Origin: Candidatus Endomicrobiellum basalitermitum
Lineage (GTDB): Bacteria; Elusimicrobiota; Endomicrobiia; Endomicrobiales; Endomicrobiaceae
DNA: 64,000 nt
Direction: 5' to 3'
Assembly (NCBI GenBank): GCA_031282525.1
Contig: JAITDN010000001.1
Location: 37,977-101,976 of the forward strand
Shown here: piece after piece, positions 10,334 through 19,683 of the stretch
How positions within the stretch are numbered: position 1 is the first letter of the stretch
Layout: the number at the start of each line of letters is the position of its first letter
The notes under the pieces: model-generated
Told to the model about the DNA's origin: nothing
What the model saw: only the letters and a program-made list of their open reading frames with translations
Database searches by the model: none
Position numbers and translations under genes: made by a program

Positions 10334-11002
10334 ATGATAAATCTTAACGATGAAAAGCGAGTTAAAAAAAGCTTGAAAGAGAAAATTGGTGTTTTGATTA
10401 AGGCATATTTTGTTACAGGTCTAATCGTCATTATACCTCTTTGGCTTACATTTCTTGTGGTAACTATTATTTTTAAATGGGTAAGTAGCTTTGCCTTGCC
10501 TGTTATTAATTATTTTGTTGCTGACACGCTTTTGGCCCATGTTATAGCGAGGATTTTGAGTTTTTTTATTTCAGTTTTAAGTATAATTATTTTAGGATTT
10601 ATTACAAACAGGGTTTTTGGGAAGAATGTTTTAAATTCTATAGAGAAACTTATTGAAAAATTACCTATACTAGGAACAGTTCATTCTGCGGCGAAACAAT
10701 TTATAAATTTTATACTTGGTAAAGATAGCACAAAGAATTTTAAGAAAGTTGTTTTTATTCCTTATCCTAATAAAGAAATTTACAGCGTAGCTTTTTTAAC
10801 GAGTGAGCAAACAATTAATGGTGAAAAATATCTTTGTGCTTTTATGCCCACGACTCCAAATCCTACAACAGGTTTTTTGTTGATGGTTAAAGAGAAAAAT
10901 ATAATTTATACTAATTATAGTGTAGAACAGGCGTTTCAGTTCATTATTTCAATAGGAGTAATAAATATGGATGTGAATAATAGTAAAGAAAATCGAGCTT
11001 AA
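10334..11002 (+). CDS. DUF502 family membrane protein
   Basis: YFVTGLIVIIPLWLT, IEKLPILGTVH, FMPTTPNPTTGFLL, AFQFIISIG. Confidence 0.85.
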   Translation: MINLNDEKRVKKSLKEKIGVLIKAYFVTGLIVIIPLWLTFLVVTIIFKWVSSFALPVINYFVADTLLAHVIARILSFFISVLSIIILGFITNRVFGKNVLNSIEKLIEKLPILGTVHSAAKQFINFILGKDSTKNFKKVVFIPYPNKEIYSVAFLTSEQTINGEKYLCAFMPTTPNPTTGFLLMVKEKNIIYTNYSVEQAFQFIISIGVINMDVNNSKENRA

Positions 11003-11027
11003 TTAGAAAATAGAGAGAGATTTAGAA

Positions 11028-12740
11028 ATGAATTATAAAGCTCCACGTGGTACTCATGATATTTTTGGAACGAATGTTGCGAAAATGAATTTATTGGAAC
11101 AAAGAGCAAGAGTTATTTTTAAGAAATATGGATTTGAAGAAGTGAGAACTCCAATATTTGAGGCTGCTTCTCTTTTTATGCGTTCCGTTGGACAAATAAC
11201 TGATATAGTAGAAAAAGAAATGTATATTTTTGAAGATAAAAAAGGGAGGGAACTTGCTTTACGTCCAGAAGGGACTACATCTGTAGTAAGAGCTTTTGTC
11301 GAGCATAGATTTGATGTTATAATGCCGGCGGCTAAATTTTTTTATATGGGTGAAATGTTTCGCTATGAAAGGCCACAAGCTGGTCGATATAGGCAATTTC
11401 GTCAAATAGGAGTTGAATTTTTTGGTGTTTCATCTCCTGTTGCAGATGCAGAAATTATTTTGCTAGCCTGTGACTTGCTTAGTTCTGTTGGTATAAATAA
11501 AATAAATGTACGTTTAAATTCTTTAGGTTGCCAAAATTGCAGACCTACTTTTAGAGAAGAATTAATTAAATATCTAACTTCTATAGAGGGTTTGTGTGAA
11601 GATTGTTTTAAGAGACTTAAAAAGAATCCTTTTAGAGTCCTTGACTGTAAAATAGATTTGCATAAATTCACTTATATCCCTGAAATGTCGAATTATTTTT
11701 GCAATAGATGTAGATATGATTTTGATTTATTAAAGTCTTTGCTTGATAGTGTGGGGTGCGATTATGAAATTGACAATAAACTTGTAAGAGGGTTGGACTA
11801 CTATACAAAAACAGTTTTTGAAATTTGTTGCTCCGATTATCTTTCTTTTAACACAGCATTCACGGGTTCTGAAGGTTTTGTAGGTTCACACTTTGCGGTG
11901 GATATAAGTCACCCTATCGTGCTCGCAGCGGGGGGAAGATATGATAATCTTGTTGAAGAACTAGGAGGGTCAAGCACTCCAGCTGTTGGATTTGCCTTTG
12001 GGGCCGAAAGGGTTTTAATTGTTGCGCAAGGCAATTTAATGCTTTCAAATAGACTTAAAGAATTAGTTGAGTTGCTTTTTGAGATGCAGAAAAACTCAAT
12101 GCCTCTCACTGAAAAGGAGATAGATAATTTATTCAAGAGAGTTTTAATTGATGTGCAAAAAAAATCGTCGTTTGATAAATTTGGGTATAACAATGTGAGA
12201 AATTGCAATTATAATGAAATTGCTGAGCAAAACTCAACGCTTTTCAATAAACTTAAAGAAGTTTTAATGATTGTGCAAGACTCGATGCTTCTCAATAAAG
12301 AAGAAATAGATGATCTGTTTAAAACGATTTTGAATTGTTTAGTAGGATCGTCGCTTAATAAATTTGTTGATCAAAACTCAATGTTTTTCAATAAATTTAA
12401 AGAAACTTTAAGAAAAGTTTTAATAGCTACGCAAGACTCGGCGATTTTTAATAGTTTTCAAAAGGAAGAGGTTTATATAGCAATTGCAGATCAAAAGCTT
12501 TTCAAAGAAGCTTTTTCTTTTGCAGTAAGAATTAGGAGAGATGGATTAAAAAATAATAAAAATGTTTCCGTTTTTGGCCCTATTGATGGCAAAAGCTTAA
12601 CGTGGCAACTGAATTTTGCAGATAAGATAGGAGTTTGCAAAATGATAATTTTTGCTAAGACTGAATTTAAAGAAGGTAAAGTTTTAATAAAAAATATGAA
12701 AGATAAAGCGCAAATGGAAGTTTTTATGAATGAACTTTAA
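11028..12740 (+). CDS. hisS: histidyl-tRNA synthetase with two atypical insertions
   Basis: APRGTHD, VEKEMY, LRPEGT, FRYERPQAGRYRQF, LVRGLDYY, AGGRYD, AVGFAFGAER, C-terminal anticodon-binding domain. 570 aa, versus roughly 420 for typical bacterial HisRS. Confidence 0.95.
   Translation: MNYKAPRGTHDIFGTNVAKMNLLEQRARVIFKKYGFEEVRTPIFEAASLFMRSVGQITDIVEKEMYIFEDKKGRELALRPEGTTSVVRAFVEHRFDVIMPAAKFFYMGEMFRYERPQAGRYRQFRQIGVEFFGVSSPVADAEIILLACDLLSSVGINKINVRLNSLGCQNCRPTFREELIKYLTSIEGLCEDCFKRLKKNPFRVLDCKIDLHKFTYIPEMSNYFCNRCRYDFDLLKSLLDSVGCDYEIDNKLVRGLDYYTKTVFEICCSDYLSFNTAFTGSEGFVGSHFAVDISHPIVLAAGGRYDNLVEELGGSSTPAVGFAFGAERVLIVAQGNLMLSNRLKELVELLFEMQKNSMPLTEKEIDNLFKRVLIDVQKKSSFDKFGYNNVRNCNYNEIAEQNSTLFNKLKEVLMIVQDSMLLNKEEIDDLFKTILNCLVGSSLNKFVDQNSMFFNKFKETLRKVLIATQDSAIFNSFQKEEVYIAIADQKLFKEAFSFAVRIRRDGLKNNKNVSVFGPIDGKSLTWQLNFADKIGVCKMIIFAKTEFKEGKVLIKNMKDKAQMEVFMNEL
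12009..12470 (+). repeat. degenerate in-frame tandem repeat array inside hisS (about 8 sub-repeats, A-B-C-A-B-C-A-B)
   Basis: Recurring DNA motifs gttttaat, caa(a/g)actc(a/g)a(t/c)g(c/t)tt(t/c)tcaataaa, atcgtcg(t/c)tt(g/a)ataaatttg, ga(a/g)atagat(a/g)at. Peptides QNSTLFNKLKE/QNSMFFNKFKE, EIDNLFK/EIDDLFK, SSFDKF/SSLNKF. Confidence 0.85.
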
Positions 12741-12809
12741 AATCTAAAAGCTTAGATCTAAGGTTATGTATATTTTGTTGAATCACTTAACGATAGAGAG
12801 AATCGATAA

Positions 12810-12900
12810 ATGAAAATAGTGTTAGATATAGTTATAAGTTTGTTGATGTTGTGGCAGGATGTGGAAAGCATCAGAAGGGGGGATAGGTATGTGTATATTT
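12810..12900 (+). pseudogene. remnant of a lipoprotein signal-peptide coding region
   Basis: ATG 12810 reads MKIVLDIVISLL; a shifted frame continues VVAGCGKHQKGG* (lipobox VAGC). Confidence 0.3.
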
Positions 12901-13170
12901 AGTGTGGTAGTAAGTTGATAACTCAAGTTGCAAATTTAGCTTTTGTTTGGTTTTTCAGTTATTGAGGTTAAAAATATAAATAAAATCCTTGGTTTTATGC
13001 CATCTATTCTTTATATCTTTCGCTTGAAACTTGATAAAATATCTAGCAAGAATAAAAATCATTAAAATTGTTTCTATTTTTTCTTATTTTTTACCTTCTG
13101 TCTTTCATTGGGTTATTTTACCAATTGGTATATTAAGTAGTAATAGTAAAATCTTTTCATTCTACACTAT

Positions 13171-13199
13171 ACTATACAAAAAATCCTTTAATTTTGCAA
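13171..13199 (-). promoter_or_regulatory. orphan sigma70-like promoter
   Basis: Minus strand TTGCAA-N17-TATAGT; no intact ORF downstream. Confidence 0.3.
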
Positions 13200-13403
13200 A
13201 CATTATTTTCGAAATAGAAAATAGAACTTCTGTAAAAACTTCCTGGTAATATTTGAATATTAATGAGATATTATTTCAGATAAACGCTACAATACCACTT
13301 TTAATAACAACTATAAATGGTAAGTGTAATATTAACAAATTTATATTTTTTATAAAGTATAAGATAAAGCAAATTTCTGTGAATATAGAGCAAATAATAT
13401 GGT

Positions 13404-13443
13404 AAATAAAAAAACAACTCCCGGATATTATTATCGGGAGTTG
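13404..13443 (-). terminator. intrinsic terminator
   Basis: Minus strand CAACTCCCGATAATAATATCCGGGAGTTG followed by TTTTTTTATTT; downstream of the citrate-synthase pseudogene. Confidence 0.75.
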
Positions 13444-13610
13444 GATGGCATAAACATCAACAACCATTCTTAATAATTACGACTATCTTACAAGAAACCC
13501 ACAATCCTTTATGAATGTTTGTTTAATTTTAGCATTTGAGTTGAAGATTTTCACCAAATGTGCGCTACACTATTCATTATTGTCTACTAGATTTACCAAA
13601 TAATGATTTT

Positions 13611-14992
13611 TTAAACATACTTTGATAAATATTTTTTTGTAAACTTTAATAATTCTTTATGCGATAAGCAATTACTTCTTCCATCTTCATAAAGCTTATC
13701 TATTTCTTCTTTAATTTTTATTATAGATGGGAGGATGATTATTTTATCTAATTTTTCTTGCGAATCCCTTGGCTTTGTGGAAGCTGTGTATTATACCAAT
13801 ATGTTATTCCCGCTAATCCGGCTCTCTATCAGTAGTAATGGCAACTTCTGGCGATCTATTTAAAATAGTTTGGGTATCGAACACGTTATATATTTCCTGT
13901 TCTTTAAGTAATCCGTCAGCGTGTATTCCAGCTTTTGTTATATTGAAGTTTGATCTAACAAAAGGTTGATTTGGCGGAATATCGCACTTAAGTTCATCTC
14001 TAAAGTATTGCGCTATTTCAGTAATAGTGGATAAATCCATTCCGTTTGTCGTTCCTCTTAAGGCAGCATATTCTATAGCCAATGCTTCAACTGGAGTATT
14101 GCCTGTTCTTTCTCCTATACCTAAAAGAATTCCGTTAATCCCAGCGCTTGTAGTAGAGTTTGCTAAAGCTCTGTAGAAATCATTATGCCCGTGCTATTCA
14201 ATATACTTTGATGGAACTTCTGCATGATGGGTTAAACCGTATATTATTCCATTGATATTTCTTGGCATTGAAGCTCCTGGGTAACTTACGGCGAATCCCA
14301 AAGTGTCACAGGCTCTTATTTTTATTGGAATTTCAGCTTCCTGAGAAAGCTTCATAAGTTCAACTGCAAATGGAATGACAAAACCATAAAAATCTACTCT
14401 TGTTATATCTTCAAAGTGACAGCGTGGTATAATGCCTTTTGATAGAGCAGCTTTAACATATCCCAAGTACATATCCATAGCTTCCCTGCGTGTTTTCTTC
14501 AACTTTAAAAAGATATGATAGTCTGAACATGATGTTAAAATGCCTGTTTCTTTGAGTCCAATTTCCCTTACAAGTTCAAAATCGCTTTTGTTGCTCTTAT
14601 CCATGCGGTTTTACCTGAGGAAAATCGTAGTTCAGTTCTTTAACATTTATCTGCGGCTTTTCTGTCCTTTTCAGAGTAAAGGAAAAATTCAGATTGCTTT
14701 ATCATCCCATTTGGTCCACCCAGTTTGTGAAGATATTTATACAATTTGACTATTTGTTTGCTCTACTGTAAAAAGGATTCATCACCCGTTTGGCCATCGC
14801 GAAATGTAGTATCTGTAATCCATATTTGATCAGGTGGGTTCATAGGAACGACTTCATTATTGAAGGAAATTTTTGAAATCTCGGTATATGAAAACATTTC
14901 TCTAAAAAGATCGGGTTCACTTATGTCTTGAAGTTCAAAGCGGTATTCCTCAGATTCGAGTCTATTTGTGCGTTTATTAAAAGAGTAAGCAT
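13611..14992 (-). pseudogene. Re-citrate synthase-like (DRE-TIM metallolyase, LeuA family) pseudogene
   Basis: Fragments in several frames: IWITDTTFRDGQ, ETGILTSCSDYHIFLKL, RCHFEDITR, IE*HGHNDFY (TAG 14194-14196 at a Trp position), GIGERTGNTPVEA, FNITKAGIHADGLLK. AGGAGA RBS at 15001-15006; frameshift right after the ATG. Confidence 0.85.
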
Positions 14993-15198
14993 TTTAAATA
15001 TCTCCTGTAATTTAGTACTCCATTATTTATTATTACAGTTAATCATTTTGTAATATAACTAGTTGTTTAATAATAACATAAAAATTCAACCTTATACCTC
15101 ACATCACGCATTATAATAAAGCTTCAAAATATTGTGTGAGATAAGCGATAATTAATATTTGTGATCGTTTTATTCGCTAAGAGACATAGGCTTAATCT

Positions 15199-16380
15199 TT
15201 ATAAAATTGTAATTAATCTATCAATGCCCCCTTTAATATTTTCAATAGAAGTTGCATAGGAAAGTCTTATATATCCTTCAAGTCCGAAAACTGAACCTGG
15301 AACAACCGCAATTTTAGCCATGTCTAATAGATAATCTGCAAACTCTATGTCTGTGTTAATAAGTTTTTCTTTGAAAGCTTTTCCAAAAAGGGATTTGATA
15401 TTGGGGAAAACATAAAATGCTCCTTCTGGTTTTCTACATGTGATGCCTTTTATTTTATTGAGTCTTTCTACTATGTAATTTCTTCTTTTTTCAAATTCTT
15501 GTCTCATATATTCAACGTAATCCTGAGTACCGTTTAATGCTTCTACAGAAGCTTTGATTGAAATTGATGAAGCATTTGACGTTGACTGGCTTTGCAATTT
15601 TGCCATTGCGGAAATTATATTTTTAGGTCCTGCTGCATAACCTATTCTCCAGCCTGTCATTGAATAAGCTTTTGAAACACCATTTACTAAAATGGTAAGT
15701 TCTTTTGCTTCTGGACAAACTTCCACAATAGATGTGAATTTAAAATTACCATATGTAAGTTTTTCATATATATCGTCTGAAATTATGATGACTTTGTGTT
15801 TTACACATATTTTAGCTATTGCTTTTAGTTCGTCAGGAGTATATGTAGCACCTGTAGGATTTGAAGGAGAATTTACTATAATGGCTTTTGTTTTTGAAGT
15901 TAAAATTTTTTCTATTTCCTCTGAAGTTACTTTAAAATCTGTTTTATCGTTTGTTTGGATTATTACAGGTTTTCCTCCTGCAAGTATAACCATATCCGTA
16001 TAGGAAACCCAGAAAGGTGCTGGAATTATAACTTCGTCTCCATCGTCAATTATTGATTGAAAAACGTTATAAATAGAGTGTTTGGCCCCACATGAGACTA
16101 TAATTTCTTCATGAGAATATGTAAGGTTATTATCTCTTTTAAGTTTGTTTATAATTGCATTTTTTAACTCTGGAGTTCCGGCAACTGGGCAGTACTTTGT
16201 AAAACCTGAGCTTATTGCCGAAATAGCCGCTTCTTTTATGTTAGTTGGTGTATCAAAATCAGGTTCTCCTACACCAAAATTAATAACATCTACTCCTTGT
16301 TGTTTCAGTGCTTTTGCTTTTGCGTCTATTTCTAGTGTAAGGGATGGTTTGATTGATTGTACTCTTTTTGAAATTTGCAT
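15199..16380 (-). CDS. aspC: class I PLP-dependent (aspartate) aminotransferase
   Basis: GEPDFDTP, NSPSNPTG, SDDIYE, SKAYSMTGWRIGY. Confidence 0.9.
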   Translation of the reverse strand: MQISKRVQSIKPSLTLEIDAKAKALKQQGVDVINFGVGEPDFDTPTNIKEAAISAISSGFTKYCPVAGTPELKNAIINKLKRDNNLTYSHEEIIVSCGAKHSIYNVFQSIIDDGDEVIIPAPFWVSYTDMVILAGGKPVIIQTNDKTDFKVTSEEIEKILTSKTKAIIVNSPSNPTGATYTPDELKAIAKICVKHKVIIISDDIYEKLTYGNFKFTSIVEVCPEAKELTILVNGVSKAYSMTGWRIGYAAGPKNIISAMAKLQSQSTSNASSISIKASVEALNGTQDYVEYMRQEFEKRRNYIVERLNKIKGITCRKPEGAFYVFPNIKSLFGKAFKEKLINTDIEFADYLLDMAKIAVVPGSVFGLEGYIRLSYATSIENIKGGIDRLITIL

Positions 16381-16528
16381 TTTGTTCCTCTTTTTGCCTG
16401 CTTTTGCAAAAAAGCATTACCTACTCTTGGCATTTTGGTATTACAATTGATTAAAAGCTTTAAGATACCTTTTTATTTGACAAATTTTTTTTTATTTAAT
16501 ATTACTACAAGTTAAAGGAGTATGTCAA

Positions 16529-16843
16529 ATGTATGCGATTATTAAGACATGTGGTAAACAGTATAAGGTAGAAAAAGGTTCTAATCTAGTGGTGGATAAG
16601 ATTAATGAAGCACAAAAAAATCAAGAAGTTATCCTTAAAGAAGTATTGTTGCTTTCAGATGGACAGAAGACAGTAATTGGGAAACCTATAGTTGAGGGGG
16701 CAAGTGTAACAGCAAGAGTTATCTCTCAGAAAAGGGCACCTAAAATTTTAGTATTTAAAAAGAAGCCTAAAAAAGGATATAAGAAACTTCAAGGACATCG
16801 TCAGTATTTAACAGAGTTAGAAGTTACGGGAATTAATGTTTAA
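16529..16843 (+). CDS. rplU: 50S ribosomal protein L21
   Basis: [14 protein letters not shown]...GHRQYLT; AAGGAG RBS. Confidence 0.97.
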   Translation: MYAIIKTCGKQYKVEKGSNLVVDKINEAQKNQEVILKEVLLLSDGQKTVIGKPIVEGASVTARVISQKRAPKILVFKKKPKKGYKKLQGHRQYLTELEVTGINV

Positions 16844-16869
16844 AAAAGCCTACTAGGAGAGGTATTGAA

Positions 16870-17121
16870 ATGGCACATGTCAAAGCACAAGGTTCATCTG
16901 CTAATGGGCGGGATTCTCACGGTCAAAGATTAGGTGTGAAAATTTATGGCAATCAAAAAGTCTCTGCAGGTGCAATCATAGTTAGACAAAGAGGGACAAA
17001 ATACCATCCCGGGATAAATGTAGGTATTGGTAAGGATGATACTATTTTTGCAAAAATTACTGGGATTGTTAAATTTGTTAGGAAATCCGGCGGTAGGTGT
17101 TATATAAATGTGGAGCATTAA
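16870..17121 (+). CDS. rpmA: 50S ribosomal protein L27
   Basis: [33 protein letters not shown]. Confidence 0.97.
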   Translation: MAHVKAQGSSANGRDSHGQRLGVKIYGNQKVSAGAIIVRQRGTKYHPGINVGIGKDDTIFAKITGIVKFVRKSGGRCYINVEH

Positions 17122-17143
17122 AATTCAAAATCATATTACATAA

Positions 17144-18400
17144 ATGTTTATAGATAAAGTCACTATTTTCCTTAGAGCTGGTTGTGGAGGCGATGGATGT
17201 GTTTCGTTTAGGAGGGAAAAATATGTTCCTTACGGGGGGCCTGACGGTGGTAATGGTGGCAGAGGTGGTGATATTTATTTTGAGTGTGACACTCAAAAAA
17301 CTACTCTACTAGATCTATCTTACACAGCAAAATTTGAAGCAGAAGATGGACAAAATGGCTTATCTAATAATAAGTTTGGTAAATCAGGTAAAGATTTAAT
17401 ACTGAAAGTTCCTTTGGGAACTTTAGTTTTTAAAAATGGAAAGTTTTGTGCTGATTTAAAAATAGCAAACGAAAGAATTTTAGTTGTCAAGGGTGGTAGA
17501 GGTGGTAGAGGAAATGCTTCTTTCAAAACAGCGAGATACACAGCCCCTAGAATATCTGAAAAAGGCGAACCTGGCGAAGCCACAGAAGTAAATCTTGAAC
17601 TTCTTTTGATTGCACAAGTCGGACTTGTAGGTCTTCCTAATTCTGGGAAATCTACTCTTTTATCACAGATTTCAGCTGCAAGGCCTAAGATAGCAGATTA
17701 TCCTTTTACAACCTTAACTCCTAATTTAGGTGTTGTTGGTTATGGAGGTAAAAATTTTGTAGTTGCTGATATACCTGGAATAATTGAAGGAGCTCATATA
17801 GGTAGAGGGCTTGGACTTGAATTTTTAAGACATATAAAACGTACAAATATTCTTGTGTATATTATAGATGCAAGTGCTACTGATGGCAGTAGTCCTTATG
17901 TAAATTATAAAGTACTTAATGATGAATTGAGAAAGTATTCAAAATATCTTTTAAAAAAACATATCATAATAGCATTAAACAAAATTGATTTACCTAACTG
18001 TCAAGAACATATCAAAAAATTTAGAAAATATTTAAGAAATAAGAAAATATTTGAAATTTCTGCTGCGACTGGAGAGGGTGTTGATAAATTAATTATAGAA
18101 ATGGTAAAGATACTTGAAAAACCTCTTGCTTTTAAATTTGAAGAAGAAATAGAGGATATTTCTGTTAAAGAATATATTTATCAGCCTGAATTTCAAGTTA
18201 ATGTTGAAAATGGGGTTTTTATAGTTACTGGGACTAAGATTGAAATGCTTACAAAAATGACGAAGTTTAACGAAGAAGAAGCATTGAGGCGTTATCAAAA
18301 CATAATTAAAAAGATGGGTTTGGAAATTGAGCTTGGAAAAATGGGTGTCAAGTCTGGTGATACAGTTAAAATTGGCGATTTTGAATTTATTTTTAAGTAG
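17144..18400 (+). CDS. obgE: GTPase ObgE/CgtA with C-terminal OCT domain
   Basis: FRREKYVPYGGPDGGNGG, GLPNSGKST, ADYPFTTL, DIPG, NKID. Confidence 0.96.
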   Translation: MFIDKVTIFLRAGCGGDGCVSFRREKYVPYGGPDGGNGGRGGDIYFECDTQKTTLLDLSYTAKFEAEDGQNGLSNNKFGKSGKDLILKVPLGTLVFKNGKFCADLKIANERILVVKGGRGGRGNASFKTARYTAPRISEKGEPGEATEVNLELLLIAQVGLVGLPNSGKSTLLSQISAARPKIADYPFTTLTPNLGVVGYGGKNFVVADIPGIIEGAHIGRGLGLEFLRHIKRTNILVYIIDASATDGSSPYVNYKVLNDELRKYSKYLLKKHIIIALNKIDLPNCQEHIKKFRKYLRNKKIFEISAATGEGVDKLIIEMVKILEKPLAFKFEEEIEDISVKEYIYQPEFQVNVENGVFIVTGTKIEMLTKMTKFNEEEALRRYQNIIKKMGLEIELGKMGVKSGDTVKIGDFEFIFK

Positions 18401-18466
18401 TAATTTAGTGATTTGAATTTTATACTTTGATTATTTAAAATTTACATAAGTTTAAAGTAAAGTTTT

Positions 18467-18748
18467 TTATTCTTTAGTTGAGAATCTGTATTCTATTTCT
18501 CTGGGTGCTATGACATTTAATTCACTGCGTACCATTCTTTCTAAGTAAGATGGTTCATTTTCAAGATAATATATTCGTTCTTTTATTAATTTATTTTGTT
18601 TTTTTGCATTTTTAATATTTTCATTTAATTTTTTTTGTTCAAAAAAACGCCTTATAAGAGTTTTATTGCCTTCGTTAAAAATTAAAATCAGTAAAATACC
18701 ACTAAAGATTATATAGCGTATTTTAATCTTTTTCATTGTATATTTCAT
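18467..18748 (-). CDS. FtsB/DivIC septum formation initiator family protein
   Basis: TM segment, coiled coil and YLERMVRSELNVIAPREIEY (E-x-x-A/V-R-x-x-L motif). Confidence 0.75.
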   Translation of the reverse strand: MKYTMKKIKIRYIIFSGILLILIFNEGNKTLIRRFFEQKKLNENIKNAKKQNKLIKERIYYLENEPSYLERMVRSELNVIAPREIEYRFSTKE

Positions 18749-19236
18749 GGTTTATGCATTAGTAAGAATAAATTTTTTTTGCTACTTTCTATGTAAGTTT
18801 TAATTATCATTGAACTTATATTGTTTTCGGCAAGTATTTCGAGAAACTTAACTGAAAACTTCTTTGCAAGTAGACTATTATTTGATATTATTTCAACTTT
18901 TACATTGCCGTTTTCTATATCAGTTATAAAAATACCTACTTCTGTTGAAGCTAAGCAGCAATCAAAACTCCTTGAGAAATTGAAGGCAACTATATATCCG
19001 TTTTTAAAACTTTTATGCGTGACTGTTGCTTTAAGTTTTTCTAATATATACAAGCTTTTAATAAAACAAGTTTTCTTAGATTTTGTAAAAACTGCATTAA
19101 ATCTTCCAACTTTTTCATTTTCAAATTTTTCAATGGAGAAACCTAATAGTCGGTTTGGGTAGTTTAAAATCAAACATGACGTTAAGGATGAAGTTGATAT
19201 AGTTAAAATTAATATAAGAAAGAGTCGTATCTTCAT
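18745..19236 (-). CDS. hypothetical lipoprotein
   Basis: From ATG 19236: MKIRLFLILILTISTSSLTSC (lipobox LTSC). Stop overlaps the next start (ATGA). Confidence 0.6.
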   Translation of the reverse strand: MKIRLFLILILTISTSSLTSCLILNYPNRLLGFSIEKFENEKVGRFNAVFTKSKKTCFIKSLYILEKLKATVTHKSFKNGYIVAFNFSRSFDCCLASTEVGIFITDIENGNVKVEIISNNSLLAKKFSVKFLEILAENNISSMIIKTYIESSKKNLFLLMHKP

Positions 19237-19683
19237 TATAATAGAATATGAACAAACAGCAAAATTTATAGCGTTAAAGTAAGCCAAAAGAGACTTTCAG
19301 ACACACTACATTTATAAAGCTCCCCTAGCTCTTTTCTATAATGTCTAAATTTTAGTTTCTATTTTACATACATTTTTGATTATAATTCCTCAAGAGAGAT
19401 TATAATAAATCATTTTTACTTAGTAAATAAAGCATGTAAAGATAAGTTGTCATTTGTTTAAAGTGAAATATTTGATTATAATAATAACTTACAAAAAAAT
19501 ATTTAGTTTTTGTGGTTTAGGGGCATAAGTGTATGAAGTTTTTTGAGTATGTGGGCATTGATTCTTGTGCTTATTGTACATTAAGAATAGGGTATTTACA
19601 ACCAAAAATATGTTTGTTTATTAATAGTGTGGATTTTTAGTTTTAAAATAAATAATAAATCTTTTTGAAAGAATAATATAATA

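Noticed and set aside
12009-12470. hisS repeats as a CRISPR array, intein or mobile element
   Set aside because: Repeats are degenerate, codon-phased and variable in length; no cas genes, no intein Cys...His-Asn termini, no terminal inverted repeats.
12994-13454. 11-bp inverted repeat TTTATGCCATC about 450 bp apart as MITE ends
   Set aside because: Short, no target-site duplication or second copy seen; compatible with chance.
13031-13467. ORFs 13031-13249 (+) and 13276-13467 (-)
   Set aside because: Ile/Phe-rich products of AT-rich DNA; the second runs through the terminator hairpin.
14194-14196. TAG at a conserved Trp as stop-codon reassignment
   Set aside because: The same gene has several frameshifts, and TAG ends intact genes such as uxuA, obgE, ptsN and lnt.
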